Shown here: positions 9,941 through 21,044 of the stretch, one piece after another | Numbering within the stretch: position 1 is the stretch's first letter | Layout: every line of letters begins with the position of its first letter | Assembly: GCF_965660375.1 (NCBI RefSeq) | Contig: NZ_CBFHZO010000121.1 | Location: 3,250 to 67,249 of the forward strand | From: Congregibacter sp. | GTDB taxonomy: Bacteria; Pseudomonadota; Gammaproteobacteria; Pseudomonadales; Halieaceae | Length of the DNA: 64,000 bases | Direction of reading: 5' to 3' | Made by a program: the position numbers and the translations under genes | Notes under the pieces: model-generated | What the model was told of the DNA's origin: nothing | Databases searched by the model: none | The model's input: only the letters and a program-made list of their open reading frames with translations

Positions 9941-10948
9941 CTAGGCCATGGGACGGATACCCACCGCCGCGCGGACCTTGTTAATCAGGGGAACACTTTG
10001 CTCCCGCGCCCGATCGGCACCCTGACGCAGCACCGCTTCGATATGGCCCGGGTCAGCGATGAGCCGCTCGTACTCCTCTCGCGGCCCCCTAAGTTCTTCA
10101 TTAATCAATTCAAATAGCTGCTTCTTGGCCTCACCCCAGGCAATGCCGTCGGCAAAGGCCTGCTCCATGGATGCGATAGCCGCCTTGTCCGCAAAGGCAC
10201 ACCAGAGCTGGAACACGGTGGAATCAGCGGTATCCTTCGGGTCGCCGGGCTCCAACAGGTTTGTTTTGATTTTGTTGATCGCCTTTTTCAGGCGTTTCTC
10301 GCTGTCAAAAAGCGGAATCGTGTTGTTATAGCTCTTGCTCATCTTCCGGCCGTCCAGGCCCTGAAGCACCGCAACATCGTCGTCTACCCGCGCCTCGGGC
10401 AGCACGAAGAGTTCCTCGTAGTTGTGATTGAAGCGCTGCGCGATGTCCCGCGCCATTTCCACGTGCTGAATCTGGTCGCGGCCCACGGGAATATCATGGG
10501 CGCGGAACATCAGAATATCGGCGGCCATGAGCACGGGATAACTGAACAAGCCCATGGTGACCGCAAAATCCGGGTCATCGCCATTCTCTTCATTGGCCTG
10601 CACGGCGGCTTTATAGGCATGGGCCCGATTCATGAGCCCCTTGGCAGCGCTGCAGTTGAGAATCCAGGTCAGCTCGGCGATCTCGGGAATGTCCGACTGC
10701 CGATAAAAAACCGCGCGCGATGTATCCAGCCCCAGAGCCAGCCAGGTGGCGGCGATTTCCAGCGCCGAACGCTGCACCAGCTCCGGGTCACTGCATTTAA
10801 TCAGGGCGTGATAGTCCGCCAGAAAAAAGAAAGACTCGTTGTTGTCGGACTTCGCTGCCGCTATCGCCGGGCGAATGGCCCCCACATAATTGCCCAGGTG
10901 GGGGGTGCCCGTGGTGGTGATACCCGTGAGAACGCGTCGCACGCTCAT
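9941..10948 (-). CDS. trpS: tryptophan--tRNA ligase
   Basis: Class I signatures [11 protein letters not shown] (HIGH-like) and KMSKS. 335 aa. Confidence 0.95.
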   Translation of the reverse strand: MSVRRVLTGITTTGTPHLGNYVGAIRPAIAAAKSDNNESFFFLADYHALIKCSDPELVQRSALEIAATWLALGLDTSRAVFYRQSDIPEIAELTWILNCSAAKGLMNRAHAYKAAVQANEENGDDPDFAVTMGLFSYPVLMAADILMFRAHDIPVGRDQIQHVEMARDIAQRFNHNYEELFVLPEARVDDDVAVLQGLDGRKMSKSYNNTIPLFDSEKRLKKAINKIKTNLLEPGDPKDTADSTVFQLWCAFADKAAIASMEQAFADGIAWGEAKKQLFELINEELRGPREEYERLIADPGHIEAVLRQGADRAREQSVPLINKVRAAVGIRPMA

Positions 10949-10997
10949 ACTTGTCTCCTCAAAAAATCGTCGGTCCGGGGACCCTGGTTAATGCTGT

Positions 10998-12293
10998 TCA
11001 TCGCGGGCCTGCAAAAAGCGGTACCGGTTGACGGTAATAAGCGCTCAACACCCGTTGCAACGCCCAGGCATCGTCACTCCCGGCAAGCTCGCGGATGGAG
11101 TGCATGGCAAAGGTGGGAACACCGATATCCAATGTTGTCACCCCGAGTTCCCCCGCCGTGATGGGGCCGATGGTACTGCCGCAGGCCATGTCCGCGCGCA
11201 TGGCAAAACTCTGCACCTCCACAGATTCCTGTCGGGCGAGCAGTCGAAACAGCGCTGCCCCATCACTGGAGGTCGCGTAGCGCTGACTGGCATTAACCTT
11301 GATCACCGGACCGCCGTTCAGCATGGGACCATGCTGCTCATCGTGTTTGTCCGGATAGCTGGGGTGCACAGCGTGGGCATTATCCGCAGAGATCATCATA
11401 GACCGCTGCATCAGCAGGGGCAGCCTGCCCGCATCAGGGAGTAAACCCTGAAGAAAATGCTGCAACATTGGGCCCTGGGCACCGGACGCGGAGCAGGAGC
11501 CCACCTCCTCGTGATCATTGCAGATCAGGAGCGACCACTGGGATCCGTCGGACTGTACCAGCGCCTGAAGCCCGGTGTAGCAGGACAACAGATTATCCAG
11601 TCGTGCTGATGCGATGAACTCCCCCTTGAGGCCAAGTTGCGCCGGCGGCTGCGTATCGTAAAAGCACAGCTCGTAATCGAGAACCTCCGTGACCTGCAGA
11701 TCACGCTCACGCAAATGGGATCGCAAAAAATCCCGGAGACAAAACTCGTCATCATTCAGCGATAACAATGGCGCCATCTGCAGCTGGGCATTCACGCTGC
11801 GGTTTTTATTCGCTTCCCGGTCCAGATGAATCGCCAAACTGGGGACCACGGCGATGGGGTCCCGAAAATCCACCAGGGTCGTTGCCACAGCGCCGCTCTC
11901 GTCCTGATAACTCACACGGCCAGCGAGGGATAGATCACGGTCAAACCAGGGGTTTAAGAGTGCACCGCCATAGACCTCAATGCCTAGCTGCAGGTAGCCC
12001 ATACTGCGCTGCTCCGGCTGCGGTTTCACCATGAGACAGGGGCTGTCCGTGTGGGCTCCCACCATGCGCACTCCGCTTTCGAGTAAAGGCCCGCTCCCGG
12101 GGCGCAAAGCAATAATGCTCCCCCCCTGCTCATAGAACACCCCACCACTGCCCGGCGAGGGTTTGTTGTCCCCGTCGAGGGGCGCAAAGCCAGCCTCGCG
12201 AAGCCGTCGCGACATAGCCTCCACGGCGTGAAATGGGGTCGTGGCCTCCGACAAAAACGCCAGCAGCCCCTCGTTAAACGCTTCCTTGCTCAT
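10998..12293 (-). CDS. apeB: M18-family aminopeptidase
   Basis: TPFHAV, VGAHTDSPC, NDHEEVGS and FAMHS motifs of aspartyl aminopeptidase-like M18 enzymes. Confidence 0.85.
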   Translation of the reverse strand: MSKEAFNEGLLAFLSEATTPFHAVEAMSRRLREAGFAPLDGDNKPSPGSGGVFYEQGGSIIALRPGSGPLLESGVRMVGAHTDSPCLMVKPQPEQRSMGYLQLGIEVYGGALLNPWFDRDLSLAGRVSYQDESGAVATTLVDFRDPIAVVPSLAIHLDREANKNRSVNAQLQMAPLLSLNDDEFCLRDFLRSHLRERDLQVTEVLDYELCFYDTQPPAQLGLKGEFIASARLDNLLSCYTGLQALVQSDGSQWSLLICNDHEEVGSCSASGAQGPMLQHFLQGLLPDAGRLPLLMQRSMMISADNAHAVHPSYPDKHDEQHGPMLNGGPVIKVNASQRYATSSDGAALFRLLARQESVEVQSFAMRADMACGSTIGPITAGELGVTTLDIGVPTFAMHSIRELAGSDDAWALQRVLSAYYRQPVPLFAGPR

Positions 12294-13189
12294 TAAAGCT
12301 TATCCTTACTGCTGACTTCCGAGTGCTGATCCATGAGGCGAGCAAGCAGGCTACTGGTATCCCAGCGGGCACCGCCCATGGCCTGAACATCACCATAAAA
12401 TCCATCCACCAAAGTGGTTATGGGTAGATCAAGACCCAGACGCTGTGCCTCGCTGAGCACAATGGACAGGTCCTTACGCATCCAATCCACCGCGAAACCA
12501 TGCTCATACTCGCCGGCCAGCATGGTCTTGTAGCGATTTTCCATCTGCCAGGACTGTGCCGCACCCTGGCTGATAACCTCGATCACGGCCGCCGAGTCCA
12601 AACCGGCGTGCTCCGAGAACAGCAGCGCCTCGGACAGGCCCTGCACCACGCCGGCGATACAAATCTGGTTGACCATCTTTGCCAGTTGCCCTGCACCGCT
12701 GGCGCCCAGCAGGCGCACACACTTTGCATAGCTTTCCATCACCGGCAGGGCCTTTTTAAAGGCATCCGGCGCCCCACCGGCCATCACCGTAAGTGCCCCA
12801 TTTTCAGCACCCGCCTGGCCGCCGCTTACCGGCGCATCCACAAACCCGACGTCCCGGGCCGTGGACAGGGTGGCAAGCTCCCGGGCCAGGGCCGCCGAAG
12901 CCGTGGTGTGATCAACGATCACCGCGCCGGCGGCAATGCCGTCAAACACGCCATCGCTGTCACTAACGACTTCACGGACGTCATCATCGTTGCCTACACA
13001 GAGAGCCACGATGTCGGCGCCACGCGCTGCCTCCGCCGGTGTGTGTGCCATGCGGCCGCTAAAAGTGTTACTCCACAGCTCTGCTTTACTCGCCGTGCGG
13101 TTGTAGACACAAACCTCGTATCCCGCTTTTGCGAGATGCCCTGCCATGGGAAACCCCATCACGCCCAAACCCAAAAAAGCCACTTTCAT
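12293..13189 (-). CDS. NAD(P)-dependent oxidoreductase, 3-hydroxyisobutyrate dehydrogenase family
   Basis: Rossmann motif KVAFLGLGVMGFPMAGHL right after ATG 13189, which has an AGGAGA SD about 10 nt upstream. The longer track start (13231) would overlap uppP. Confidence 0.85.
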   Translation of the reverse strand: MKVAFLGLGVMGFPMAGHLAKAGYEVCVYNRTASKAELWSNTFSGRMAHTPAEAARGADIVALCVGNDDDVREVVSDSDGVFDGIAAGAVIVDHTTASAALARELATLSTARDVGFVDAPVSGGQAGAENGALTVMAGGAPDAFKKALPVMESYAKCVRLLGASGAGQLAKMVNQICIAGVVQGLSEALLFSEHAGLDSAAVIEVISQGAAQSWQMENRYKTMLAGEYEHGFAVDWMRKDLSIVLSEAQRLGLDLPITTLVDGFYGDVQAMGGARWDTSSLLARLMDQHSEVSSKDKL

Positions 13190-13209
13190 GGAAGCAATAA
13201 TCTCCTGAC

Positions 13210-14010
13210 TCAGGTCCACCACAGGAGGCACAACACGGCACCCAGCAGCAGACGGTAGATAACAAAGGGCAGCATGCCCACTGCCTCGATAAGACGTAAA
13301 AACAGCGCGATGCAGCCATAGGCACTGACCGCCGCGGTGGCGGTTCCCAGCAGCACCAGGGGTAGATCCACAGCCGTGTCGGCGCCCAGGAGGTCTGATA
13401 CCTTCAACAGCGCCGCACCGAGAATAATGGGAATAGACAGGAGAAAAGAAAAGCGCGCCGCCGCGTGCCTGGACAGGCCCAGCAAGAGTCCGGCGGTTAT
13501 TGTTATCCCTGAGCGGGACGTTCCGGGAATCGGCGCAATGGCCTGGGCGCAGCCAATCATCAGAGCTACGCGCCAGTTTCCCACATTATCACTGGGAACT
13601 GTTCCCACCCGACGGTCCGCATAGGCCAGCAGCAGGGCAAAAAGAATCGTTGTGCTTGCGATGACCGGCAGGCTGCGCAAAGAATCCATCACATCATTGA
13701 GCGCAAAACCAACGATCACCGCTGGCACCGTTGCCAGCGCAAGATACAGAATCTCCCGGCTGTGCTCGTTCATCTGTCCTGCGCGCAGCGCATCCCAGCC
13801 CCCCTCAGCCAGCACCCAGAGGTCCCGCCAAAAATAAAGGCTTACCGCGGTGAGTGTGCCGACGTGTACCGCCACATCAAAGACGAGGCCTTGATCCGGC
13901 CACCCCAGCAACATTGATGGCAGCAGCAGGTGCGCGGAGCTGGAAATGGGTAAAAATTCCGTGAGGCCCTGCAACAGCGCCAGCAGGGCGGCCTGCCACC
14001 ACTCAATCAT
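13210..14010 (-). CDS. uppP: undecaprenyl-diphosphate phosphatase
   Basis: BacA/UppP motifs (LTEFLPISSSAHL, PGTSRSGITI), 8 TM segments. 4-nt overlap with tsaB. Confidence 0.9.
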   Translation of the reverse strand: MIEWWQAALLALLQGLTEFLPISSSAHLLLPSMLLGWPDQGLVFDVAVHVGTLTAVSLYFWRDLWVLAEGGWDALRAGQMNEHSREILYLALATVPAVIVGFALNDVMDSLRSLPVIASTTILFALLLAYADRRVGTVPSDNVGNWRVALMIGCAQAIAPIPGTSRSGITITAGLLLGLSRHAAARFSFLLSIPIILGAALLKVSDLLGADTAVDLPLVLLGTATAAVSAYGCIALFLRLIEAVGMLPFVIYRLLLGAVLCLLWWT

Positions 14011-14726
14011 GCGCTCCGGCCCTGCTCTGCCAGGGTCTTCCAGCCGATGCGGGTCTGCACATAATCCGGGGCTGCCAACAGGGGTTCCTGCCCCTGCCCT
14101 GCTACGAGTGCCCGCCTTGCGGTTTCCAGCATATCCTGAGCCTCGGGGAGCACCTTCGGCCAGGGCGTCAGGCGATCCTGCAGGACCGGTGACATCTCAT
14201 GCACAAAGGCAGCACCGCTGCCCACCGCCAGCCAGGGAAGCTCCCTCGCAGAGTCGTGGCTCGGCCTCTCTACTGCCTCGGGAGGCGCCACGAACGCCTC
14301 ACCCAGCGCCAGCAGTTCTGCCCCATCAAAGCTAAACCACTGCCCGTAGATTTGCCCGATACGTGCATCAATGCAACTCAGAATCATCGCGGAAGCTTCG
14401 AAGGGTTCCTGGCGCAGAAAGCTGCGCAGCTGGGTCTCGAGGCTGGATACTCCGACAACGGGTGTCCCCAGGCTGAAGGCCAACCCCTGGGCCGCGCTGA
14501 CGGCAATCCGCAGTCCGGTAAAAGAACCGGGGCCCCGTCCGTAGACGATGGCATCGAGCTCAAGCTCTGCGAGTTTTCGACCCGCCAGGAGCTCATCCAG
14601 AAGCGTGAACAACATTTGCTGATGCTGCCGCGGCATGACACGGTGTATGGATTGGCACGCCTGTCCGTCCCAAAGCGCAAGGCTCAGGGCGTCAGTCGCG
14701 GTATCAATGGCAAGAAGGCGGGACAA
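14007..14726 (-). CDS. tsaB: tRNA threonylcarbamoyladenosine (t6A) biosynthesis protein TsaB
   Basis: N-terminus LLAIDTATDALSLAL and GRGPGSFTGLRI are typical of YeaZ/TsaB. Confidence 0.9.
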   Translation of the reverse strand: MSRLLAIDTATDALSLALWDGQACQSIHRVMPRQHQQMLFTLLDELLAGRKLAELELDAIVYGRGPGSFTGLRIAVSAAQGLAFSLGTPVVGVSSLETQLRSFLRQEPFEASAMILSCIDARIGQIYGQWFSFDGAELLALGEAFVAPPEAVERPSHDSARELPWLAVGSGAAFVHEMSPVLQDRLTPWPKVLPEAQDMLETARRALVAGQGQEPLLAAPDYVQTRIGWKTLAEQGRSA

Positions 14727-14743
14727 GTCAGTAAGATCTAATC

Positions 14744-15397
14744 ATGGTGAAGGCGAATTATCCCACACAATCTCCATCTCCGGACGGCGCTGCGAACTTT
14801 CGCGGTGCCGGGTCCGGCGTTGTGGGTCTGGTGCTGTGCGGAGGCGCTGGACGGAGAATGGGAGGCTCAGACAAAGGCCTGCTTAGCGTAGACGGGCAAA
14901 TGGCGGTCACGCGCGCCCTTCAGAGCCTCGAGGCGCTTTGTGAGCGTCGCTTTATCAGCGCCAACCGGAACCTCGCACAGTACCGGCACCTCGGACTGGG
15001 CACGGTCCTGAAGGACCTGCGGCCGGAGCTCGCCGGCCCTCTTGCGGGCATAGAGGCCCTCGCTGCCGCGTTGCCCCGGGACGGTAACTACGATCGCCTG
15101 CTTCTCCTCCCCTGCGATATGCCCCGACTCACCGCAGAGGTGCCAAAAAGACTCCTGGAGGCGCTAGACAGCCAGCCAAAAAAGGAGATCGTCTACGCGA
15201 GTTGCGGGGGACAGAAACACTATCTCTGCGCGGCGCTGCGACTGTCTGTACTTGACGGCGCAAGCGCGCAACTCGACAACCGTGATTATGCGGTACGCCG
15301 CTGGTACGCGACGCACAAGGTTGCAACGCTGGAGTTTAGCAATGCGCTGGAGGCTGAATTTCTGAATGTAAACAGGGCCGAAGATCTGCGACCCTGA
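14744..15397 (+). CDS. mobA: molybdenum cofactor guanylyltransferase
   Basis: LVLCGGAGRRMGGSDKGLL and LLLPCDMP motifs. The start is uncertain: ATG 14744 is only 17 nt from the divergent tsaB start, and GTG 14822 is an alternative. Confidence 0.8.
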   Translation: MVKANYPTQSPSPDGAANFRGAGSGVVGLVLCGGAGRRMGGSDKGLLSVDGQMAVTRALQSLEALCERRFISANRNLAQYRHLGLGTVLKDLRPELAGPLAGIEALAAALPRDGNYDRLLLLPCDMPRLTAEVPKRLLEALDSQPKKEIVYASCGGQKHYLCAALRLSVLDGASAQLDNRDYAVRRWYATHKVATLEFSNALEAEFLNVNRAEDLRP

Positions 15398-15407
15398 GTG
15401 CTAAGGT

Positions 15408-16157
<750 letters not shown>

Positions 16158-16176
16158 TTAGTCGAAGATCTGTGCG

Positions 16177-17010
16177 CTACTCCGACGCTTTTGCCTGCTC
16201 CCAGAGGAGTTCCATGGCCGCTCCGTCCAACGCCTCCAAAGCCTGTCCAGTAGCCGCACAGCGCGCTTCCATGTTGCAAAAACGACGCTCGAACTTACTG
16301 CTGGCACGACGGAGCGCCGCCTCGGCGTCCAACTTCAGATGGCGGGACAGGTTCACCACGGTAAACAGGAGGTCGCCGAGCTCATCTTCCATGGCGCTTT
16401 TGTCGTTCTGCGCCAGTGCCTCACGCAACTCCTGCAACTCCTCATCGACTTTATCCAGCACCGGGTCTACCCCCGGCCAGTCAAAGCCCACCCGTGAAGC
16501 ACGTTTTTGCAGCTTTTGTGCCCGGGGCAGCGCCGGCAGCGCGAGGGGCACGTCGTCCAGGGCTCCCGACTGGGCCCGCGACGCCCGCTCCCTGGATTTG
16601 ATCGCCTCCCACTGCTCCTTGACCGCGGCAGTGCTCTGCGCACTGCCCCCCTGGAGTTTGTCGCGTTCGCTGACGACCCCCTCTATTTGACCATCGGCGA
16701 ACACGTGAGGATGGCGGCGCAGCAGCTTCTCCGCCAGACCATGAACCACGGAATCAAAGCTGAAGAGGCCCTGCTCCTGACCGAGGCGCGCATAAAACAC
16801 CACCTGAAACAGCACGTCACCAAGTTCGTCTTCCACATGGGGATAATCGCCGGCTTCAATCGCCGCCGCCAGCTCGTAACACTCCTCGAGAGTAGAGGGC
16901 ACGATGCTTTGAAAACTCTGCTGCACATCCCAGGGACAGCCGTGCTCCGGATCCCGCAGGCGTTCCATGATGCGCAGCAGATTCGTAAGGGTATAGTGCG
17001 AGTCGTTCAA
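16177..17010 (-). CDS. mazG: nucleoside triphosphate pyrophosphohydrolase MazG
   Basis: Tandem MazG domains (EECYELAAAIE...ELGDVLFQVV and ELQELREA...ELGDLLFTVVNL). Immediately downstream of relA, the arrangement I recall from E. coli and Pseudomonas. Confidence 0.9.
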   Translation of the reverse strand: MNDSHYTLTNLLRIMERLRDPEHGCPWDVQQSFQSIVPSTLEECYELAAAIEAGDYPHVEDELGDVLFQVVFYARLGQEQGLFSFDSVVHGLAEKLLRRHPHVFADGQIEGVVSERDKLQGGSAQSTAAVKEQWEAIKSRERASRAQSGALDDVPLALPALPRAQKLQKRASRVGFDWPGVDPVLDKVDEELQELREALAQNDKSAMEDELGDLLFTVVNLSRHLKLDAEAALRRASSKFERRFCNMEARCAATGQALEALDGAAMELLWEQAKASE

Positions 17011-17052
17011 GGTTGTTACTCCGTTTCAGAGCGCTCGGCGGAGAAGCCGGCC

Positions 17053-19287
17053 TCAGGTGCTCACGCGACGGGCCGAGATCACGTTCTTGAGCCGGTTGAG
17101 ACGTTCCAGGAGTTTGGCCAGGGACCCCAGATCGCCAACCTCGACCGTGAGACGCATAGCGGCTGCATGCGCCTTGCGGTTTGTCTGCGTTTGGATAGAG
17201 AGCACATTGATGCGGGCGTTGGCGAACATGGATGTGACATCCCGTAACAGTCCCTGGCGATCATAGGCCTCGATGGCGATATCCACCTCGAAGCGTTCAT
17301 CGGGCGTACCGCCCCACTCCACATCAATCACACGCTCGGGGTTCTGCTCGGAAATTTTCAGTACGCGAGGACAGTCCTCACGGTGAATGCTGACCCCGCG
17401 CCCCTGCGTGATAAAACCGGTAATCCCGTCGCCGGGAACCGGCTTGCAACAGCCCGCGATATTGGTCAAAAGATTGCCCACCCCCTGCACCTGAACGGCA
17501 TTGCGCTTGCGCCCACCCGTGGGCCGACTGACGCGCAATTCCGGCTGGGGTTTGCTGCCGATGAGGGTCTCCGCCGCGTTGACGACCTGGGACGCCGAGA
17601 GGTCGCCGGCGCCCACGGCGGCATACATATCGTCCACTGTGGGCACACTGAGACGCACCGCGATGCGCTTGTAGTCCACACTGGTCAGTGCCAGACGCCG
17701 GAACTCACGCTCCAGAAGCTGCCTTCCCGCATCGACGTTTTCTTCCCGGGCCTGACTTTTAAACCAGGCCTGAACCTTTGCCCGGGCGCGAGGCGTCTGA
17801 AGATACCCCAGCCCGGACTGCAGCCAGTCACGCCGGGGACGGTTCTCACGGCCGGTGAGTATTTCCACCCGGTCTCCCGTTTGCAGGCTGTGGGTAAGGG
17901 GCACAATCTGTCCGTTGACCTTTGCTCCCCGGCAGCGATGCCCCACCTCTGTATGCACGTGATAGGCAAAATCCAGGGGTGTAGCGCCGCTGGCCAGGTT
18001 GACCACATCTCCCCGGGGGGTAAAGGCATAAACCCGATCCTGGGCAACATCGAACTTCAGCTGTTCCTCAACGCTGACCGCATCGCCGCTCTCTTCATGC
18101 CAATCCAGAACCTGACGAAGCCAGTTGATCTTCTCATCATAGCTTGAGCCCGAACCGGGCCGGGTATCCGTTCCCTTGTAACGCCAGTGGGCGCAGACAC
18201 CCAGCTCCGCTTCTTCGTGCATTTCGTGGGTGCGGATCTGCACTTCCAGAATTTTGCCTTCGGGGCCTATGACGGCTGTGTGCAGCGAGCGGTAACCGTT
18301 TTCCTTGGGGCTGGCAATGTAGTCGTCAAATTCGTTGGGAATGTTCCGCCACAGACCGTGCACAAGGCCCAGCGTCGCGTAGCAGTCCTTGAGTTCCGGG
18401 ACCAGAATCCGCAGGGCACGGATATCGTAGACCTGGGAGAAGCCAATGCCCTTGCGCTGCATTTTTCGCCAGATACTGTAGATGTGTTTGGAACGCCCAC
18501 TGATCTCAAATTCTATGCCGGCGCCCCCGAGCACCCCACGCAACTGCTCACTCACCCGCGTAATGAATCGGTCGCGCTCAAGTCGTTTGCCGTCAAGGAG
18601 ACGAGCAATACGCATGTAGGAGTCGTTATACAGATAACGGAAAGAGAGATCCTCCAGTTCCCACTTGAGATGACCGATACCGAGACGGTGCGCCAGGGGG
18701 GCGTAGACATCAAACACGTCCCGGGCGACGATTTCCTGGCGGGTCTTATCGCTTTTTACCGCGCGGATTGCACAGGTGCGTTCGGCGAGCTTGATGAGAG
18801 CCACCTGCACATCGTCCACGATCGCCACCAGCATCTTGCGGATATTGTCCCGCTGGCGCTCCGCCTCTCCCAGCACTGCTGTATCACTGGGATTACGCAG
18901 GTCAGCGATGGCGGCCATACGCAAGACGCCGCGAAGCTGGTTGGTAACCTTTTTGCCGAAGTCTTTTTCCACCTCGTCCAGGTCCAGTCGCTGCTCGCGC
19001 ACCGCGCGATAAAGCAAACCGGCGATAAGACAATCGACGCCGACCCGCAGCTCCGCGAGAATCTGCGCAGACTCGATGCCCGCCCATTCACAATCCTGGT
19101 TCCGGGGCCAGTCCCGGGTATCGATCGCCGGCGTTTGAGATGCCTGATGGAGCACTTCGAGAGCGCGGCGAAGCCGATCCGTGCTGCTTTGAGACAGCGC
19201 AGCTGCCTGGGGAAGCTGCGCAAGCCAGGCTTCACCATCAGCGACGCCATCACTGGAAAAATAGCTTTGCTCCCGGACTCTTACCAT
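17053..19287 (-). CDS. relA: GTP pyrophosphokinase ((p)ppGpp synthetase I)
   Basis: RelA/SpoT synthetase block (GRSKHIYSIWRKM, YRSLHTAV, EVQIRT), TGS and ACT-like C-terminus. I start at ATG 19287, 4 nt after the cysM stop, not at 19332. Confidence 0.9.
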   Translation of the reverse strand: MVRVREQSYFSSDGVADGEAWLAQLPQAAALSQSSTDRLRRALEVLHQASQTPAIDTRDWPRNQDCEWAGIESAQILAELRVGVDCLIAGLLYRAVREQRLDLDEVEKDFGKKVTNQLRGVLRMAAIADLRNPSDTAVLGEAERQRDNIRKMLVAIVDDVQVALIKLAERTCAIRAVKSDKTRQEIVARDVFDVYAPLAHRLGIGHLKWELEDLSFRYLYNDSYMRIARLLDGKRLERDRFITRVSEQLRGVLGGAGIEFEISGRSKHIYSIWRKMQRKGIGFSQVYDIRALRILVPELKDCYATLGLVHGLWRNIPNEFDDYIASPKENGYRSLHTAVIGPEGKILEVQIRTHEMHEEAELGVCAHWRYKGTDTRPGSGSSYDEKINWLRQVLDWHEESGDAVSVEEQLKFDVAQDRVYAFTPRGDVVNLASGATPLDFAYHVHTEVGHRCRGAKVNGQIVPLTHSLQTGDRVEILTGRENRPRRDWLQSGLGYLQTPRARAKVQAWFKSQAREENVDAGRQLLEREFRRLALTSVDYKRIAVRLSVPTVDDMYAAVGAGDLSASQVVNAAETLIGSKPQPELRVSRPTGGRKRNAVQVQGVGNLLTNIAGCCKPVPGDGITGFITQGRGVSIHREDCPRVLKISEQNPERVIDVEWGGTPDERFEVDIAIEAYDRQGLLRDVTSMFANARINVLSIQTQTNRKAHAAAMRLTVEVGDLGSLAKLLERLNRLKNVISARRVST

Positions 19288-19291
19288 GACC

Positions 19292-20188
19292 TCAGCTCTT
19301 GTCGAAAGCGCCGGTGGAGAGATAGCGGTCACCGCGATCGCAGATGATCATCACGATAGTCGCGTTCTCGACTTGTGCAGATACCCGCAGAGCGCCTGCG
19401 ACGGCTCCTCCGGCGGAGACCCCACAAAAAATGCCTTCCTCGCGAGCCAGGGCCCGCATAGTGACTTCCGCCTCGTCCTGACTGATATCCAGCACGCGAT
19501 CCACCCGGGCCGGCTCAAAAATTTTGGGAAGGTAGGCCTGAGGCCAGCGCCGGATACCGGGGATACTGGCCCCCTCCGTGGGCTGTAATCCGACAATCTC
19601 GACATCAGGGTTTTGAGTTTTCAGGTAGGCCGAGCAGCCCATAATCGTTCCCGTGGTACCCATAGAGCTCACAAAGTGGGTGATCTGGCCATCAGTCTGA
19701 CGCCAGAGCTCAGGGCCGGTGCCCCGGTAGTGGGCAAGGGGATTATCGGGGTTGGCAAACTGATCAAGCACAATACCCTCCCCCGCATCCCGCATAGCAT
19801 GGGCAAGATCTCGCGCCCCTTCCATGCCCTCCTCGCCGCTTACTTCGATAAGCTCGGCGCCGTAGGCCCGCATGGCCTGTTTCCGCTCGCTGCTCGCCGT
19901 GGCGGGCATAATCAGACGCATGCGATAACCGCGGACCGCCGCGGCCATGGCCAGGGCAATACCGGTGTTACCACTGGTTGCCTCGATAATAGTGTCACCG
20001 GGCGTGATGTCCCCGCGCGCCTCCGCTTCAGCAATCATGGTCATTGCCGGGCGGTCCTTCACCGAGCCTGCGGGGTTGTCGCCCTCCAGCTTCGCCAGTA
20101 GCACATTGCTGGTGTCCCCCGGCAGGCGCTGCAGGCGTACCAGTGGGGTGTCACCGATGCAGGCCTCAATAGTCGGATAATCGGGCAT
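19292..20188 (-). CDS. cysM: cysteine synthase B
   Basis: IGDTPLVRL, NPAGSVKDRPA (PLP lysine), TSGNTGIALA, GTTGTIMG. Confidence 0.9.
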   Translation of the reverse strand: MPDYPTIEACIGDTPLVRLQRLPGDTSNVLLAKLEGDNPAGSVKDRPAMTMIAEAEARGDITPGDTIIEATSGNTGIALAMAAAVRGYRMRLIMPATASSERKQAMRAYGAELIEVSGEEGMEGARDLAHAMRDAGEGIVLDQFANPDNPLAHYRGTGPELWRQTDGQITHFVSSMGTTGTIMGCSAYLKTQNPDVEIVGLQPTEGASIPGIRRWPQAYLPKIFEPARVDRVLDISQDEAEVTMRALAREEGIFCGVSAGGAVAGALRVSAQVENATIVMIICDRGDRYLSTGAFDKS

Positions 20189-20243
20189 AGCAATTCCTAA
20201 AACTGTTCTGCAAAACGCTGTGTAGTAGCGCTCAAATCCGGCG

Positions 20244-21023
20244 TCACCTTATGTCAGCGACATCGCGATTGCCACCGTCCGGGGACGGCTGCGGCCGCGC
20301 CGTGTCAAACATGCTCCGGGTGCGAAGGGGCGTATTTCCCAGATGCGGCTGCAGCAGGACTCTGACCATTTTCTTCGCCGCCGGACCGTTTTCGCCGTCA
20401 AAGCGCCCCTCTGCGATGGCGATAATCTGCGCACCGGTAAAACTGCTTGCGCCTCCTTGCGCGCCCAGGGCAATCTCCCGCAGTCCATACTCCGATACCA
20501 GCGAGTAGTAGCCATCCTCACGAATGGGAGTTCCCCGGGAAGCATCAACGTCGAGATTAACGGCATAACCGAGCTCTTCAAGGAGACGAAACTCAAAGCG
20601 TCGCAGTGCAGATTCCAGCGCTGTTCGATCCCGCTCGTTGTTCGCGGCGTCGGACAGATCTCCGATGGCGGCGCCATAGGCCGTGAATATGGCAGGCTGC
20701 TCTTCAAAACGCTGGAGCAGCCGGAGCAGCAATTCATTGAGATAGAAAGCGCTGAGCAGAGCATCCCCATGGAGCGGCGTCAGCGCCCCTCCGGACTCGG
20801 CTCCGGTGAGTGTAAGGAGCTCGCCCTTCCCCTGATAGCTCAACAACAGGGGACGAAACGGCTGGAGTACCGCTCCCAGGGGGCCACCGCGGCGGCGACG
20901 GCTCAGGCCCCGGGCAACCAGCCCCAGACGACCCTGTTCCACCGTAAGCACATCAAGAAGCTCGCTGTTATCGCGAAAAGGTCGCCGATGAAGCAAATAG
21001 CAGGGCTGGAGCTGAACACGCAT
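20244..21023 (-). CDS. recO: DNA repair protein RecO
   Basis: N-terminal OB-fold pattern (QPCYLLHRRPFRDNSELLDVLT) and its position after era. Confidence 0.85.
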   Translation of the reverse strand: MRVQLQPCYLLHRRPFRDNSELLDVLTVEQGRLGLVARGLSRRRRGGPLGAVLQPFRPLLLSYQGKGELLTLTGAESGGALTPLHGDALLSAFYLNELLLRLLQRFEEQPAIFTAYGAAIGDLSDAANNERDRTALESALRRFEFRLLEELGYAVNLDVDASRGTPIREDGYYSLVSEYGLREIALGAQGGASSFTGAQIIAIAEGRFDGENGPAAKKMVRVLLQPHLGNTPLRTRSMFDTARPQPSPDGGNRDVADIR

Positions 21024-21044
21024 CAGGGGGACCGGTGCGTGCGC

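Noticed and set aside
18187-19347. 386-aa plus-strand ORF
   Set aside because: It lies entirely antisense to relA, whose motifs are unambiguous. It has an Arg/Ala/Gly/His-rich composition and no recognisable domain. This is a typical shadow ORF of a GC-rich gene.
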